DNA of 63,117 nucleotides, counting the filler, from Octopus bimaculoides (lineage: Eukaryota): the NCBI RefSeq assembly GCF_001194135.2. It is 9 parts of 7 records of this genome, joined end to end, with 100 filler letters (N's around TTAATTAATTAA, not from the genome) between each part and the next. Parts side by side here need not be neighbours in the genome. Positions count along the whole stretch, not along the records: positions 14,462 to 40,946 come from NC_068982.1; 8 more parts are not named here. One strand, written 5' to 3'. Shown piece after piece: positions 25,263 to 37,194 of the stretch (its first letter is position 1; each line of letters opens with the position of its first letter). The notes under the pieces were generated by a model. It had not been told where the DNA came from and did no database searches. It saw only the letters and a list, made by a program, of their open reading frames with translations. The translations under genes were made by a program, and so were the position numbers.

Positions 25263-26842
25263 GCATTTTTTAAATTTATAATCGAACGCCACGCAACCTT
25301 GTCCACAGTAAGTTCTTATATATATATATATTTCTCATCCGTTCTCTAATTCTTTTTTTACCCCTTCACCGTTTTCTATCTCTCTCTCCCTCTTTCTCCT
25401 TTACCCTCTCTCGTTGCTCACACGTGACCATCGTCCATCTTTCTTTTCCTTATGCGATCATCTTTCTTTTCTTTCAGCCTGTCTTACAGACCAGACGCAT
25501 TATTATCTGTTTCCTCTCCTATCTTTTCTCTTGTCAAAAAATAACCCTCCAACGTTCGCTACCTTACCTCGTCTGGCCTAACGGCCCTCCATGTTTGTTT
25601 TCGTTTGGTTTGTTGTATGTCTCCAACGTCCTGTTTTTGTTACCAACTTTGATCCTCCGCAAATCCCAAATTTTATTTTCGTTCGCAGGAGCAGAAGCCT
25701 CATATTATCGTTAATTGCTCGAAATGGGGAGTAGATTGACAGCTGACAACTGATGAAGGGTCGTTCTTTATGTTACTTGTCTTGTTTAGCACACACAACA
25801 CACACGGCCTTGCTTGGTTGGGGTGGGATTTAAATTTCAAATTTCTTTTTGTTGCTTACATCTCAGCATGTACTGCGTGTTTGTTACTTCTGCATCACCA
25901 TTCCATAAAATGTGCTTATGGGAAGAAAGTTATTGAAAAACAACAATACAAGTGACAGTGAAAAAAGAACGAGGAAGGTGGTCGTGGAATGTGCTAGAAA
26001 CAACAGCTAAATCTCCCTTAAACCACGCACCTTTTCGTTTGAAAATATTTACATTTTTTTTTTTTTACCGAAAAGGCTTCTCTCATGGTTATAAAAATTT
26101 AAATGATAGCATTGTTGTTGCGGGTGAGCCCCCTTAGTCTCCTGGCAACTAATATTTTTAGACCCAGTCCGCCACTGCTTCTGAGTAAGTGTGTGTATGT
26201 GCGTATGTGTGATATTCTGAGATATCAAATCCATACCATACGTTACTTGCAGCTCTCTTATTCACTTTATGGAGTGTCTCTGTCAGCTTCACAGCATACA
26301 TAATGAATAAATAATAACAACATTGGAATTTGTGTGTGCTCATATTACTAGCTTTGCTAATGGGGGTCGTGTTTCGGTTAGTATTTAAAACACTTTTGTA
26401 GGTGTTCAGAAATATAAATACAAATGACAGAGTGAAATTATTTCTGAAAAATTATACATATAAATCATAACTGAGCTGTTGTGTTAGCTTAATAGGGAAA
26501 ATTTCCTCGAAACTGATCTACACTGCATTTCAACTTGATTTTGAGAAACCAAGCCAACGAGAGAATCTCTAATTGTGAGCTCGAATTACTAGAAATGGCA
26601 GTTAAATCACTTTCAACTAACACCCTATCTCTACTTAAAAAGGGATGGACTGATAAGAAAAGGCCGTTTTTGAAGCCCTGTATGTGAATAAGAGTGAAGA
26701 TGGTTACGTCAAGAATGCTTTTGATGAAACGTCTGCTCAGTCAGTGATAGTGATCTAACAGTACAGTGATCTAACAGTTACTATTTTACACTTTCTTCAT
26801 ATTTCATCTGGAATTCTCCAAATAAATTTCTAGGGTTTAATG

Positions 26843-26920
26843 TAGGCGTCGGCAACCTAAACCAGGCCGCGGGCCACTGGGCCCCGTCTGGGCCACCTCG
26901 CAGGCCGCACTCCTCCCAAC
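26843..26920 (+). mobile_element. hAT-type terminal remnant
   Basis: aggcgtcggcaacct...ggccgcgggcc resembles the CAGGGGTCGGCAAACT...GGCCCGCGGGCC ends of hAT MITEs. No partner end was found. Confidence 0.4.
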
Positions 26921-27369
26921 CCGAAAAAATAACAAACACACAAAATCAATGATAATAAATGTAAATTGAACCTTTATTAAGAACCTCTCTGATAAGTTCG
27001 ATTGGGATTACATCTGTGGTAATTGGCTTAATTTTAGTTTTATCATTAACATCATATTCATATTAACGACTAGAATCATGACATATATAATACCACTTAT
27101 TATAATGAATGAACTAGTGGTTACTCTGGGATATAACAATTGCACCGCCGATGTTGAACGCTCATCTGCTACTGATACTTCTGTGCCTTTTAGATCTATA
27201 TGTCTATACGAGATGCTTTCTCAAGACGAATACCACGGTATTGTTGGTTAAGTATGATATACAGAATGCTATTCGGAACTAATACTGCAACCGTCACTGA
27301 AAAGAAACTTTTACCCAGCTCGCCAGTTATTTACGACACCAGTGATTTTCTAGTCACTGTTTTTCCATA

Positions 27370-28090
27370 TATAACAGAAACTCGCCGCAAGGCGAGCGCA
27401 CAGCAAGAGGGATCTTCAGAGGAAGAACTCCCATCCTTCAAGTGTTTCGACCCTTATACTTGACACTCTACGGGAGCCGGGCCCTTCCAAGTCATGACCC
27501 CTAGATGTTCTCCTGTTGCTTTCCAAAATCCTGTCTCGAGCAGGATTTGAACCTGGTTCGTTTTTTGTTCCCAGGTCTGTGTTTCAGCCCACCAAGCCAC
27601 TCACACTGACGAAGGAACCAATTCTCTTCTTCCTCCTATTCCTGTAAATAACCAATGGAATCTTCAACTAGGTCCATTGGTCATTCCTCTTCGTCCATAT
27701 CCACATTGATCTCTTTCCAGCAACATCAGACAAGCGTTTAATTGTGGAGGTTTTTCTGGGGTCTTTGATACCCAACTGCGCTAGTAGCTGACAAGTTGAT
27801 GCAACCACGAATCCTTGCGATCCAACTTCAACTCTTTTCACAGTACAGAGGTAACTCTCACTCCCTAGCTGCTTTGCCAGCTCACCATATTTGCTCATGT
27901 TAAAGATGTGTTGCTCGTCTATGCGACTCTCGTATTGTACTGACAATTCAATGGGAATCACTTTGGCACCCTGTTCAGACCATAAGACGATGTCTGGTTG
28001 CAAGCCATTCTTGGTAATGAACTCTGGGTAGTTTTTGCGCTTCTCATTGATGTCTGCAGCTATTTCCCAGGAATCCACGCACCCACCTAG
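27370..28090 (-). mobile_element. 5'-truncated RLE-type non-LTR retrotransposon (R2 superfamily, HERO-like): endonuclease C-terminus plus 3' UTR
   Basis: ORF 27668-28078 contains QPDIVLWSE...IELSVQYE...KY..L...VEVGSQGF...SMWIWTKR, i.e. the PD-(D/E)xK RLE motifs. A terminal hairpin ctcgcc-N4-ggcgag lies at 27381-27396. Confidence 0.8.
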
Positions 28091-28486
28091 ATTCCCTTAT
28101 GCTACTAATTCATATACAGTTATCTTCTTCGCTCCAGCCCATTCCTTTATATCAGAAGAGAGGAGCTTTGTCTATGTATGCAGTTTATAGTGAGTACTTG
28201 CTACCGATGACGCGAAGATATGCAAAAATCAGGGAATTAAACAGTTCCTCTGCCGCTACTAGAAACTTTTCGTATACTACTGTTTCACGTCTCGTATACT
28301 ACTGTTATATGTCTCTACGGGATGATTTCTCAAGACGTATACTGCAGTATTGTGGCTTTCTTACAGCATTTCCATGTTAAGTAAGATATACATGTCTTCA
28401 ACAATGAACATAAAGACAAAACAACACGGTAGGAACACAGTTTTAGCAAATGTATTTGTTTAACGCTTAAAAAGAAGAGAATGAGC

Positions 28487-28532
28487 TTGTATTGACATTT
28501 CGGATGCAAATCCTTCATCAGAAGAAATACAA
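28487..28532 (-). ncRNA. Minimal type I hammerhead ribozyme motif, probably CpG-decayed
   Basis: Minus strand uuguauuucuu-CUGAUGA-a-gga-uuugca-ucc-GAAA-u-GUC-aauacaa. GAAAUGUC would be GAAACGUC before CpG decay. Helix I is aa/uu plus uacaa/uugua across a 4-nt bulge. Confidence 0.6.
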
Positions 28533-28961
28533 TAAAAATAAAAGAATGAGAAAAGGTAGTAGGATATANNNNNNNNNNNNNNNNNNNNNNNNNNNNNNNN
28601 NNNNNNNNNNNNNNNNNNNNNNNNNNNNNNNNNNNNNNNNNNNNNNNNNNNNNNNNNNNNNNNNNNNNNNNNNNNNNNNNNNNNNNNNNNNNNNNNNNNN
28701 NNNNNNNNNNNNNNNNNNNNNNNNNNNNNNNNNNNNNNNNNNNNNNNNNNNNNNNNNNNNNNNNNNNNNNNNNNNNNNNNNNNNNNNNNNNNNNNNNNNN
28801 NNNNNNNNNNNNNNNNNNNNNNNNNNNNNNNNNNNNNNNNNNNNNNNNNNNNNNNNNNNNNNNNNNNNNNNNNNNNNNNNNNNNNNNNNNNNNNNNTATA
28901 TATATATATATATATTTAATCGCCTTAATCAGAGTATATATATCATTATATAGTTATTATT

Positions 28962-29001
<40 letters not shown>

Positions 29002-29457
29002 TTTAGGGGGAATTTGACTGCTATTTTTAGCGTTTTATCGACCGAATAATGGTTCCTTCACCTACCTGCGTCTTTCTGGTTGGCTGGGTGGGAGGAGTGC
29101 TCCGTTCCTTCTAGACTTGGTCGAAGTTATTAGAAGAGAATCGAATGCAATAATAATGCACTTTTTACAGTTCGTTTTAATTTAACAATTGTGTTTTCCA
29201 AATCAAAGTTTCAAAAAAAGCATCCTTGTTGAAGTTTAAAACATTATTCTTTGGATATTCCCTTCAATTCCTACTTGATATTCATTACAAAAGTGTTTAG
29301 GCGAAAGTGCAATGCACCAACAAAACATAATATATGCGCCAACATAATTTAACGGATAAATCTGATGGCTTTCCCCTCTATTTGTTTCTCTCACTCTCTC
29401 TCTAACTCTATTTCACCCATTCTCTTTCTCCCTCTCCCTCTCCCTCTCCCTCACTCC

Positions 29458-29531
<74 letters not shown>

Positions 29532-30250
29532 TGATTTCAGTCTTAAGTCTTCTTATTTTTAGTCACTTATTTGTCTGATGATCGACCATTTAATTTAGTT
29601 TTGGGCAGTTTTTCTCGAACAACAGCCATATGCGAAGGTTTAAAACAATAGATTGCCTGAATGTCATTTTTCTAAATTACTTCCTCTTGTTTTCTGAATT
29701 CTATATAATTAATCTTTCCAAAATCATGACCCTCGGCTGGAAATTACATACATACATGTATACATACATACATACATACATACATACATACATACATACA
29801 TACATACATCTATGCATACACACACACACACACACACACACACATATTACATCGAATTATGTGTTTCCTTTGCGCGGATTACGTAAAATGAAATTGCGCA
29901 AGTTTGAAAATTAATAAGCTGAGATTCAATAAATATAAAAACAAGATTAAATATTCGGACTTTCTAAGGCTACTGAAACGCCTCGAAACCAAAATTTTAA
30001 AAATAAGTCAATAAATGAAAATAAAAATAAACAGGTTTTCTAATAAGCGCAGTTTCTTATAAACTGCATACTTCTTCTCAATCATATGAGAACACCAAGA
30101 TTATACATGTAAAATAAATACCATGACCGTTGCTACTAGCCAGCTCTAACATTAGAATTTGTTATAAGCACCCAACAACGATTAATGGAAACTACATTGT
30201 ACTCGGGAATTTTTAATTATAATTGAAATTGTACAGATTCGTCTTTAACT

Positions 30251-30294
30251 ACAGATGAGAACGAGAATGTTTTTCTTTTTTCGTTCTCATCTGT
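30251..30294. repeat. Perfect 14-bp hairpin
   Basis: acagatgagaacga pairs with tcgttctcatctgt. Confidence 0.9.
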
Positions 30295-30311
30295 TTGAGA
30301 GAGAACTAAAA

Positions 30312-30437
30312 TGGATATTAATAATTATCGCCAAGTCAACATGGCAGTCCCAAATATAGGACGAATGCTACCGTGGATTAGCATTCGTCATATATTTGGG
30401 ACTGCCATGTTGGCTTGGCGATAATTATTAATATCCA
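30312..30437. repeat. 126-bp near-perfect palindrome (59-bp arms, 8-nt loop)
   Basis: tggatattaataattatcgccaagtcaacatggcagtcccaaatataggacgaatgcta-ccgtggat-followed by its reverse complement, with one mismatch and one G-U. Confidence 0.95.
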
Positions 30438-32589
30438 GTACCGCTGCCGTAGTCTCCTTTAGAGAGACTTAGAAATATTAATAACTCTATTTCTAAAATG
30501 GATATATGAACAATATATAAAGTATTTGATAAGGTTTCTCAGATTGGTATTAGCTTATTTCATAAAAATGTAAAGACCATGTTACTAAATGTTTATTTCT
30601 TGTCACTATTCATAATATCGTTTTTTTATTTGAGGAGGAGACGGTAAGGGTGCAAAGAAAGAAGCTATAATTGGTTGAATCGGTATGAATATATACTGAT
30701 ATTTATTCTGTTTATTTAACGAATAGGAAAAGTAAAATCGGTTGGTCCCCGACCGGTATTTGAACATGCAAAATGAAAACTAAGGTAACACTGTATGAGA
30801 TTTTGGTCAGCGCGCTCTCGTTTCTGCCAGCTTATCGACATTTTAGGTACTTCAAAAACACAATTCCAGGGGGGGGGGGGGCGTGTGTAAAGTTTATGTG
30901 TGTATATGTTCGAGTGTCTTCCCTACTGTCATTTTTGTGTGAGAATCTTTTGTTCCTCCCTGCTACTTCTCCTCTTGCTCTTTATGATTCCCTTTTTCCA
31001 TTCCTTATTATTTTTCAATAATGATATGCTCTCTCTTTATCTCTCTCTCTTTCTCTTTCTCAACGCTAATTGCTACTCAAAATAATTTACCACCGACTTT
31101 GTACGTATGACATCAAAAGTTATTTTATCTTTTAAAAAATGTTTTTATTTTTATAATTGTATTTAAGATAATCGCTAATACTTTTTGAATCACGATTTAA
31201 TTACAAGGAAACAAAGAAACAGAAAGAGAAAAAAACTTAGGGATGCAAAGCAGCAAAAGGTGGAGTGGGAGGGGGAAATGGCCACACACCCCCGGAACAA
31301 ATTGCGTGCTCAGCCGAGCCTCCCGATTATGCCCGCGATGGCGTTACCGCAAAGAATGGTCAACGGCACTCGCTGCAGCGGCGACTCCACCTCGTGGGGC
31401 CCATTTCTTAGTCAGATCACCGTTATCCCGATTTTGCCGAGAAAAAATATCTGAAAAAACACCATCTTTATACACATTTCCATACGTTCTGTCAGTCAAT
31501 TTCTTATAATCTTACATTTCTTGAAATCACACTTTTACAATTTCTCTTTTACAATTTATAGCCACGCGTCAGAAGTAGACAGTCATAATTTCATTCAAGA
31601 ACATCGTAGCTTCTTGATCTTCCTTTTTTTTATAAAAATTTTTTTCATCCCTGGTAAATCAGAAAACAATATTCGCTTAAAGTTAATTTTTTCAATTATT
31701 TGTTTTCATCAATTATGTCTCCGAAAAGATGAAACCAAACGTCAACGTATTCAGCTGCTAAACTCAAGTGTACTCTGAGGGCGGTAGAAACAGATGAGTT
31801 TAAGCTAATACTACCGGTAGTGCAGCTCGAAGAAATCTTGAGACTATTAGTGAAGATGACAGAATAGTACTAGTCAGATTGTCCAAAGACAATTGGAGAC
31901 GCCAAATGAACGGCATGCTGGCCCTTGTAGCAAGAGTTGAAACCGAGTCGCCAGATTGCGAAATTTAAGTCTCAACACAGCACAACCTTGTTTACTTGAA
32001 AAGTCGAGTTATTGACCAATCAGCAGCCAGACTCAACGTGATAGATTCTTGTAGATCTTTCTGGAACATCTCGGTACAATTGTTATATAAAGGCTTGTTT
32101 TTAGCGCCAACTTTCACTGTATGGAAACCTGCGGTCCAGCTCTACACACTCTCTTATCATTTATAATAGTTGTTTTAACAACTTCTGTTCAACCTGGATA
32201 TGTCGTTATAGTTGGCCGATATGAATGTAATGTGTATATTTTTTTCTATCTTGACAAGCTCCAGTACAGAGTGTTTGTAATTAACAATTTATGAATGCTG
32301 CAGAACTATACTTTCAATTGTGATGACTTCTGTGGAAATTTTCTAATTCATGACCAACCTGAAAATTTTACTTGTGGGATGAAATAAAAGTTCCTGTTAA
32401 ATGTTTACACGGTGTTATCATATCATTCATACGCAGCCTCACATTCATAACATCAAGAAAACCCCTTCAACTAAATGCTACGAGACTGGCTGCACATATG
32501 CACCATAAAACCCAATAACAGCGCCATGTCAGACAGAAAGCTCAAAAAGCAAAAGCAGGGGTTAGATACCAGCTATATACATATGAGTT

Positions 32590-33235
32590 ACGGAAAAGGA
32601 GTGCCTTCAACTATGATCCTAGACAAGTCTATGCTTCTGAAAAAATAGTTTTTAATTGGTTTTTATATACAAAATTGGCACATTCTTGGCTAAGAAATGG
32701 AAAGAAGAAACAAATGCAATGTGCTGTTTAAATGGCAAATGTTAATCTACTAGTTATTATTGATCCACCAGAGCCTCTAAACAACTTCTTAAGGCTGTTA
32801 CTAAAGAATCTATCCATTTTGTGAAGAGCATCCCTGGTACTCCGTCGGTTACGACGACGAGAGTTCCAGTTGATCCAATCAACGGAACAGCCTGCTCGTG
32901 AAATTAACGTGCAAATGGCTGAGCACTCCACAGACACGTGTACCCTTAACGTAGTTCTCTGGGAGATTCAGCGTCACATAGAGTGTGACAAGGCTGACCC
33001 TTTGAAATACAGGTACTACTCATTTTTGCCAGCTGAGTGAAGAACATCAATAACCGTATAACTCAGCTTTCCAAATGACTTCCATTGGATCCGGCATTAT
33101 CAGAGAAGAAGAATTCATACCAACTTTTAAAGTACAAGCGCAAATCTACCACGAGGTTGTTTCGCTTCTGCTCCTCCCCGATTAAGATCCCCGGTTTTTG
33201 CAGCCCCATTTTGTTGATGACTTGTAAAGACAGGC
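32590..33235 (+). mobile_element. Helitron Rep/helicase N-terminal region fragment, interrupted by a SINE
   Basis: SAFNYDPRQVY, KWKEETNAMCCLNGK, DPPEPL, YNSAFQMTS and FIPTFKVQAQIYH..SLL..P...PRFLQ match Helitron N-terminal consensus motifs. Confidence 0.8.
32833..33036 (-). mobile_element. 5'-truncated SINE (family D) with 12-bp TSD
   Basis: Flanked by gtgaagagcatc (32821-32832) and gtgaagaacatc (33037-33048). The minus strand starts ctcagctggcaaaaatg, a conserved-core-type SINE motif. Confidence 0.75.
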
Positions 33236-33238
33236 CTA

Positions 33239-33352
33239 TAATAGAAATGCTATCGCTCCAAGCACAAGATTTGGCTATATGAATACATATGAATACATAT
33301 CCAATTTATGAATCAAGCCAAATCTTGTGCCTGAGGTGATAGCATTTCCATT
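33239..33352. repeat. Inverted repeat with ~38-bp arms
   Basis: aaatgctatcgctccaagcacaagatttggct pairs with agccaaatcttgtgcctgaggtgatagcattt. Confidence 0.85.
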
Positions 33353-33631
33353 ATATCTATGTATTTATTTATATGTGTGTGTGTATGTAAGTATAAATAT
33401 CAGTCAATCAGATGTATGTATGTATGTATGTATGTATATAATGAGAAGAAAAAAACATGCGCGTGTATTTTTGCATTTCTTTATTACATCCATTACGTAT
33501 GTTTCAATATTCAATAATTAAATGACGCCACACAATAAATGCAATGCATTGATGCATCTTATGAGTGCAGCATGCATAATCAACACCGGACACTTCTTCA
33601 GACAGAAGTTCTACTATATATATATAGGTGC

Positions 33632-33745
<114 letters not shown>

Positions 33746-34322
33746 GTGCGCGCGTGTATTAAATTGCGAATTAAAAGTTACGCCACAGCACATCAACAAA
33801 CAGACTTCACTCTATTTGCATGAGTCCCAGATCAGCGATTCATTTCGTTTCAAGGTGATCCGAGTACATGGTATTGATGTTGACGCTGATTTAAGCTCTC
33901 CTACTAAACTTGTTACAGCGTCTATATCATAAAGTAGCGATGTTTCATTTACAACGTATTATATCATATTATTATATATATTTCACTCAATGCGCATGAG
34001 TACAGTTGATCGAGTATAAACGTGTGTATGAATGTGTGTATAAATAGATGTGTATGAATGCATGTATGCATACCTGCTTACACAAGCACACGCATATATA
34101 TACACACAAATATAAGTGTTTGAATGCCTATACATGTGTGTTAGTGTGTGTATATGTGTGTGTGTGTGTGTATTCATGCGCACACGTACATGCGCACAAG
34201 AACACACACACGCATACACATATATGCATACTTAAATATTTACATCAATATATGCTTATGAATGCTGTAGACAAATCGGACATTTTTACATTCATACACA
34301 TAAATACATACATAAATCAGAG

Positions 34323-34367
<45 letters not shown>

Positions 34368-35442
34368 TCACCATTGTTGCGCTTCCCCAGCTGTCTCTAC
34401 CACCACGAAGCACCATTAGTAAAGCTACCTCCCTCGAATCCCAATGCTTTTTCCTTCTTTTAAGTCCAGGGTGAGAATATCCTGTAAGAACAGAAGCTGT
34501 GTTTATGCTTTTCTTTGAATATTTTAACAAACGCTAACGTTGCCTATTCCACATTCGTACAACTGCAACTGTAATTGTCACAGCAAATGTTGCTAAAACC
34601 CTGTCAATATTTATGTGAGAAGATTTACTTAACATAAAACTCAACGTCTGAATTACAAATCATTTATGAATAACAAAAAAACCATGGCGGCTGCCAATGT
34701 TCTGAATTGAGGCTGTTACGATTAGTTACTTACACACAACCCGCCTTTCGTTCTTCAGGAGCCAATAGAATTATTACCAGTGATATATTTGGGTCGATTC
34801 AGATGACTAAATCTCTCTTGTGCTACTTTCTTGATCTTGAGCCTTAAAACAAGTGTTTAACGATTTCATTTGTGTAGGATAAACGGAAATGTGATACTGT
34901 GGAGTTCATGATTTTCTCATTTGCATTAATGGTACAGATCAAGTAAAATATTCTCTACTGAAACGATCTCTCTCGCTTGACTCGCCTTTTTTTTTCTTTA
35001 CAAAGCTCGCTCCTGCCGTTTTTAAGAATATAGAATACATTAAAAAGACCACACATTTGAAAAAAAAAAGGGAATGGAATGTACAAATGCCCGTGTTCTC
35101 TCAAGAACAATAGCGGTCTACGGGAAATGACGTAAGAATAGCAAAGCATGTCTATGCCCATTGCATGCAAGCTCTCACGCCTACAAAATTATCCCCAGCT
35201 TCCTTTTATTCCTTGCAAAAAGGCTTCCTATGAACTTTACGGAATATACCCACTACTTCTCAATAAAGAAGATTCTGATAGCAATATTCCTGATGAAAAC
35301 TTTTCATATTTGCATTTACTTATTAGCTAGCTCCACATTGCATGTAGCCAACTCTGCTCAACTGTGTCCACGTCTCTAACCTCACTACGACGTACACAGT
35401 AATCACGTGATAAAATTCTTCCAATCCAAGTCAACGATATAT

Positions 35443-35687
35443 CAGTGGTTCTCAACCGGAGTCCATACGACCCCTGGCGGTACATGTAAGATTTTATTTG
35501 CTAAAATTTATGTACAATGAATTGGTTTTACTTCTGCAATACACAAAACATTTTAACAATTTTTAACACAATTCCTTATAATATTTAATTATAAAAATAT
35601 AATAAGATTTTTTAAACATCGAATGGTTATGAGGGTAAAATAGGAATCAAAGGGGTTCATAGACAAAAAAATGGTTGAGAAATACTA
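35443..35687. mobile_element. hAT (Charlie/MER5-like) MITE, 245 bp
   Basis: TIRs cagtggttctcaacc and ggttgagaaatacta; the 8-bp TSD is degenerate. Confidence 0.65.
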
Positions 35688-36289
35688 CACTATACGGCTA
35701 AAAATGGCAAAAAAAAAAATCTTCTTTCAATCAAACCATTAAAAAACACATCAGATTGTCAGGATGATCATAGTTTCAGGATATGCAACAAAAAAACAAC
35801 TTCCATCATCACAAAGGATGATGGAAGAAGAGTTATTACTCACATTCTGCATCGCTTGGAGTCTCTCTTTCCTTCCTTAGTTTCTCTACATCAATCACCG
35901 GCGATTTCTCGTCCGGGAGAACTTCGATGAAAACAATGCTGGGTCTGCTTAAGTTACCTGTTTATGGTGTCCGTCCAGTTTTCATTTCTTGGATCGAAAG
36001 CTCCTTGTCATAATGCACCATGGCACAACGTGTACCCGCAAGACTCTTTCGTATTCACATCCTATGAATGCTGGTCTGTTGTATAGATAAATTGGTGAGC
36101 ATTTTAGTTGGGAGTTTTCATGGTATGCTAATGATATTTAATTGATGAAGAGGGTACAAGAAAAGTTGTTTGCTTGGCTGACAGTACAGGAAGTGGACAG
36201 TATCCGAAAGTCGTAAGTTACACTCTCTACTCCAACAATTCCTTCAACATTTCACGAACTTTCTTAATATCTATTAATATTGGTTTCAA

Positions 36290-36490
36290 ATTTTAGCAGA
36301 AGGCCAGCAATTTCAGAGGAGGGTGTAAGTCGATTACATCGACCCCAGTGCTCTACTAGTACTTATTTTATCGACCCCGAAAGGAATGAAAAGCAAAGTC
36401 GACCTCGGTGGAATTTGAACTCAGAAGGTAAAGACGGACGAAATGCCACTACGCTAACGATTCTGCCAGCTCGCCGCCTTCGCCTTGATT
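36290..36490 (-). mobile_element. SINE family B, left member of a head-to-head pair
   Basis: Near full-length reverse-complement copy. Confidence 0.9.
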
Positions 36491-36517
36491 AATATTAATA
36501 AATATTAATAAATATTA

Positions 36518-36745
36518 ATCAAGGCGAAGGCGGCGAGATGGTAGAATCATTGGCACGCCAGGCAAATTGCTTAATGGCATTTCGTCCGTCTTTACGTTCT
36601 GAGTTCAAATTCCACCGAGGTCGACTTTGCCTTTCATCCTTTCGGGGTCGATACAATAAGTATCAGTTGAGCATTGGGATCGTTGTAATTGACTTACCCA
36701 TCTCCCAGAAATTGCTGGCCTTCTACCAAAATTTGAAATCAATGT
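36518..36745 (+). mobile_element. SINE family B, right member of a head-to-head pair
   Basis: Full-length copy from head to the aaatttgaaatc tail. Confidence 0.9.
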
Positions 36746-36754
36746 TAATCAAGA

Positions 36755-36965
36755 TGACGAGATGGCAGAATCGTTTAGTGTCGGACAACATGCTTAGCGT
36801 AATTTTTTCGTGCTCTTTACGTTCTGAGCTCATATCTCGCTGAAGTCACCATTTTTCTTCATCCTTTAGGGATCGATTAAATAAAGTGTCAGTCAAGTTC
36901 AAGGTCGATGTAATCGATTTACACCCTCTCCTCAATATTGCTGGCCTTGTGCCCAAATTAGGAAG
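36755..36965 (+). mobile_element. SINE family B, tandem older copy
   Basis: gatggcagaatcgtttagtgtcggacaacatgcttagcg...ttacgttctgag matches the consensus. Confidence 0.75.
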
Positions 36966-37194
36966 AAATATTAATTTACTTCAACTAAATAATACAAAAC
37001 ATCTGAAAATGGAACAGAATTGATGAATCGACCTAGAATATTAATGGCAACAACACAAAAATTAAGATTAGTAGTCAGGATTAGTACTGTGAGCTCAGTT
37101 GGCCCAGTCAATACTGTGTCTGATTACAAGTTGAAATGTCTACCACTTGTATTCTACCGCTCGCATAGTGATGATTCCATAGTCCTAACATTTA

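Noticed and set aside
34429-34481. Minus-strand 53-nt exon candidate below an ATGGCGGC motif near 34686
   Set aside because: It does not join in frame to neighbouring candidate exons and has no recognisable product.
36170-36230. ggCTGACAG...ccGAAAGTCGTAAG, and the similar CTGAAGA...GAAACGGTCGTAAG near 24612-24670
   Set aside because: The core is broken or helices I/II do not pair, so a ribozyme cannot be supported.
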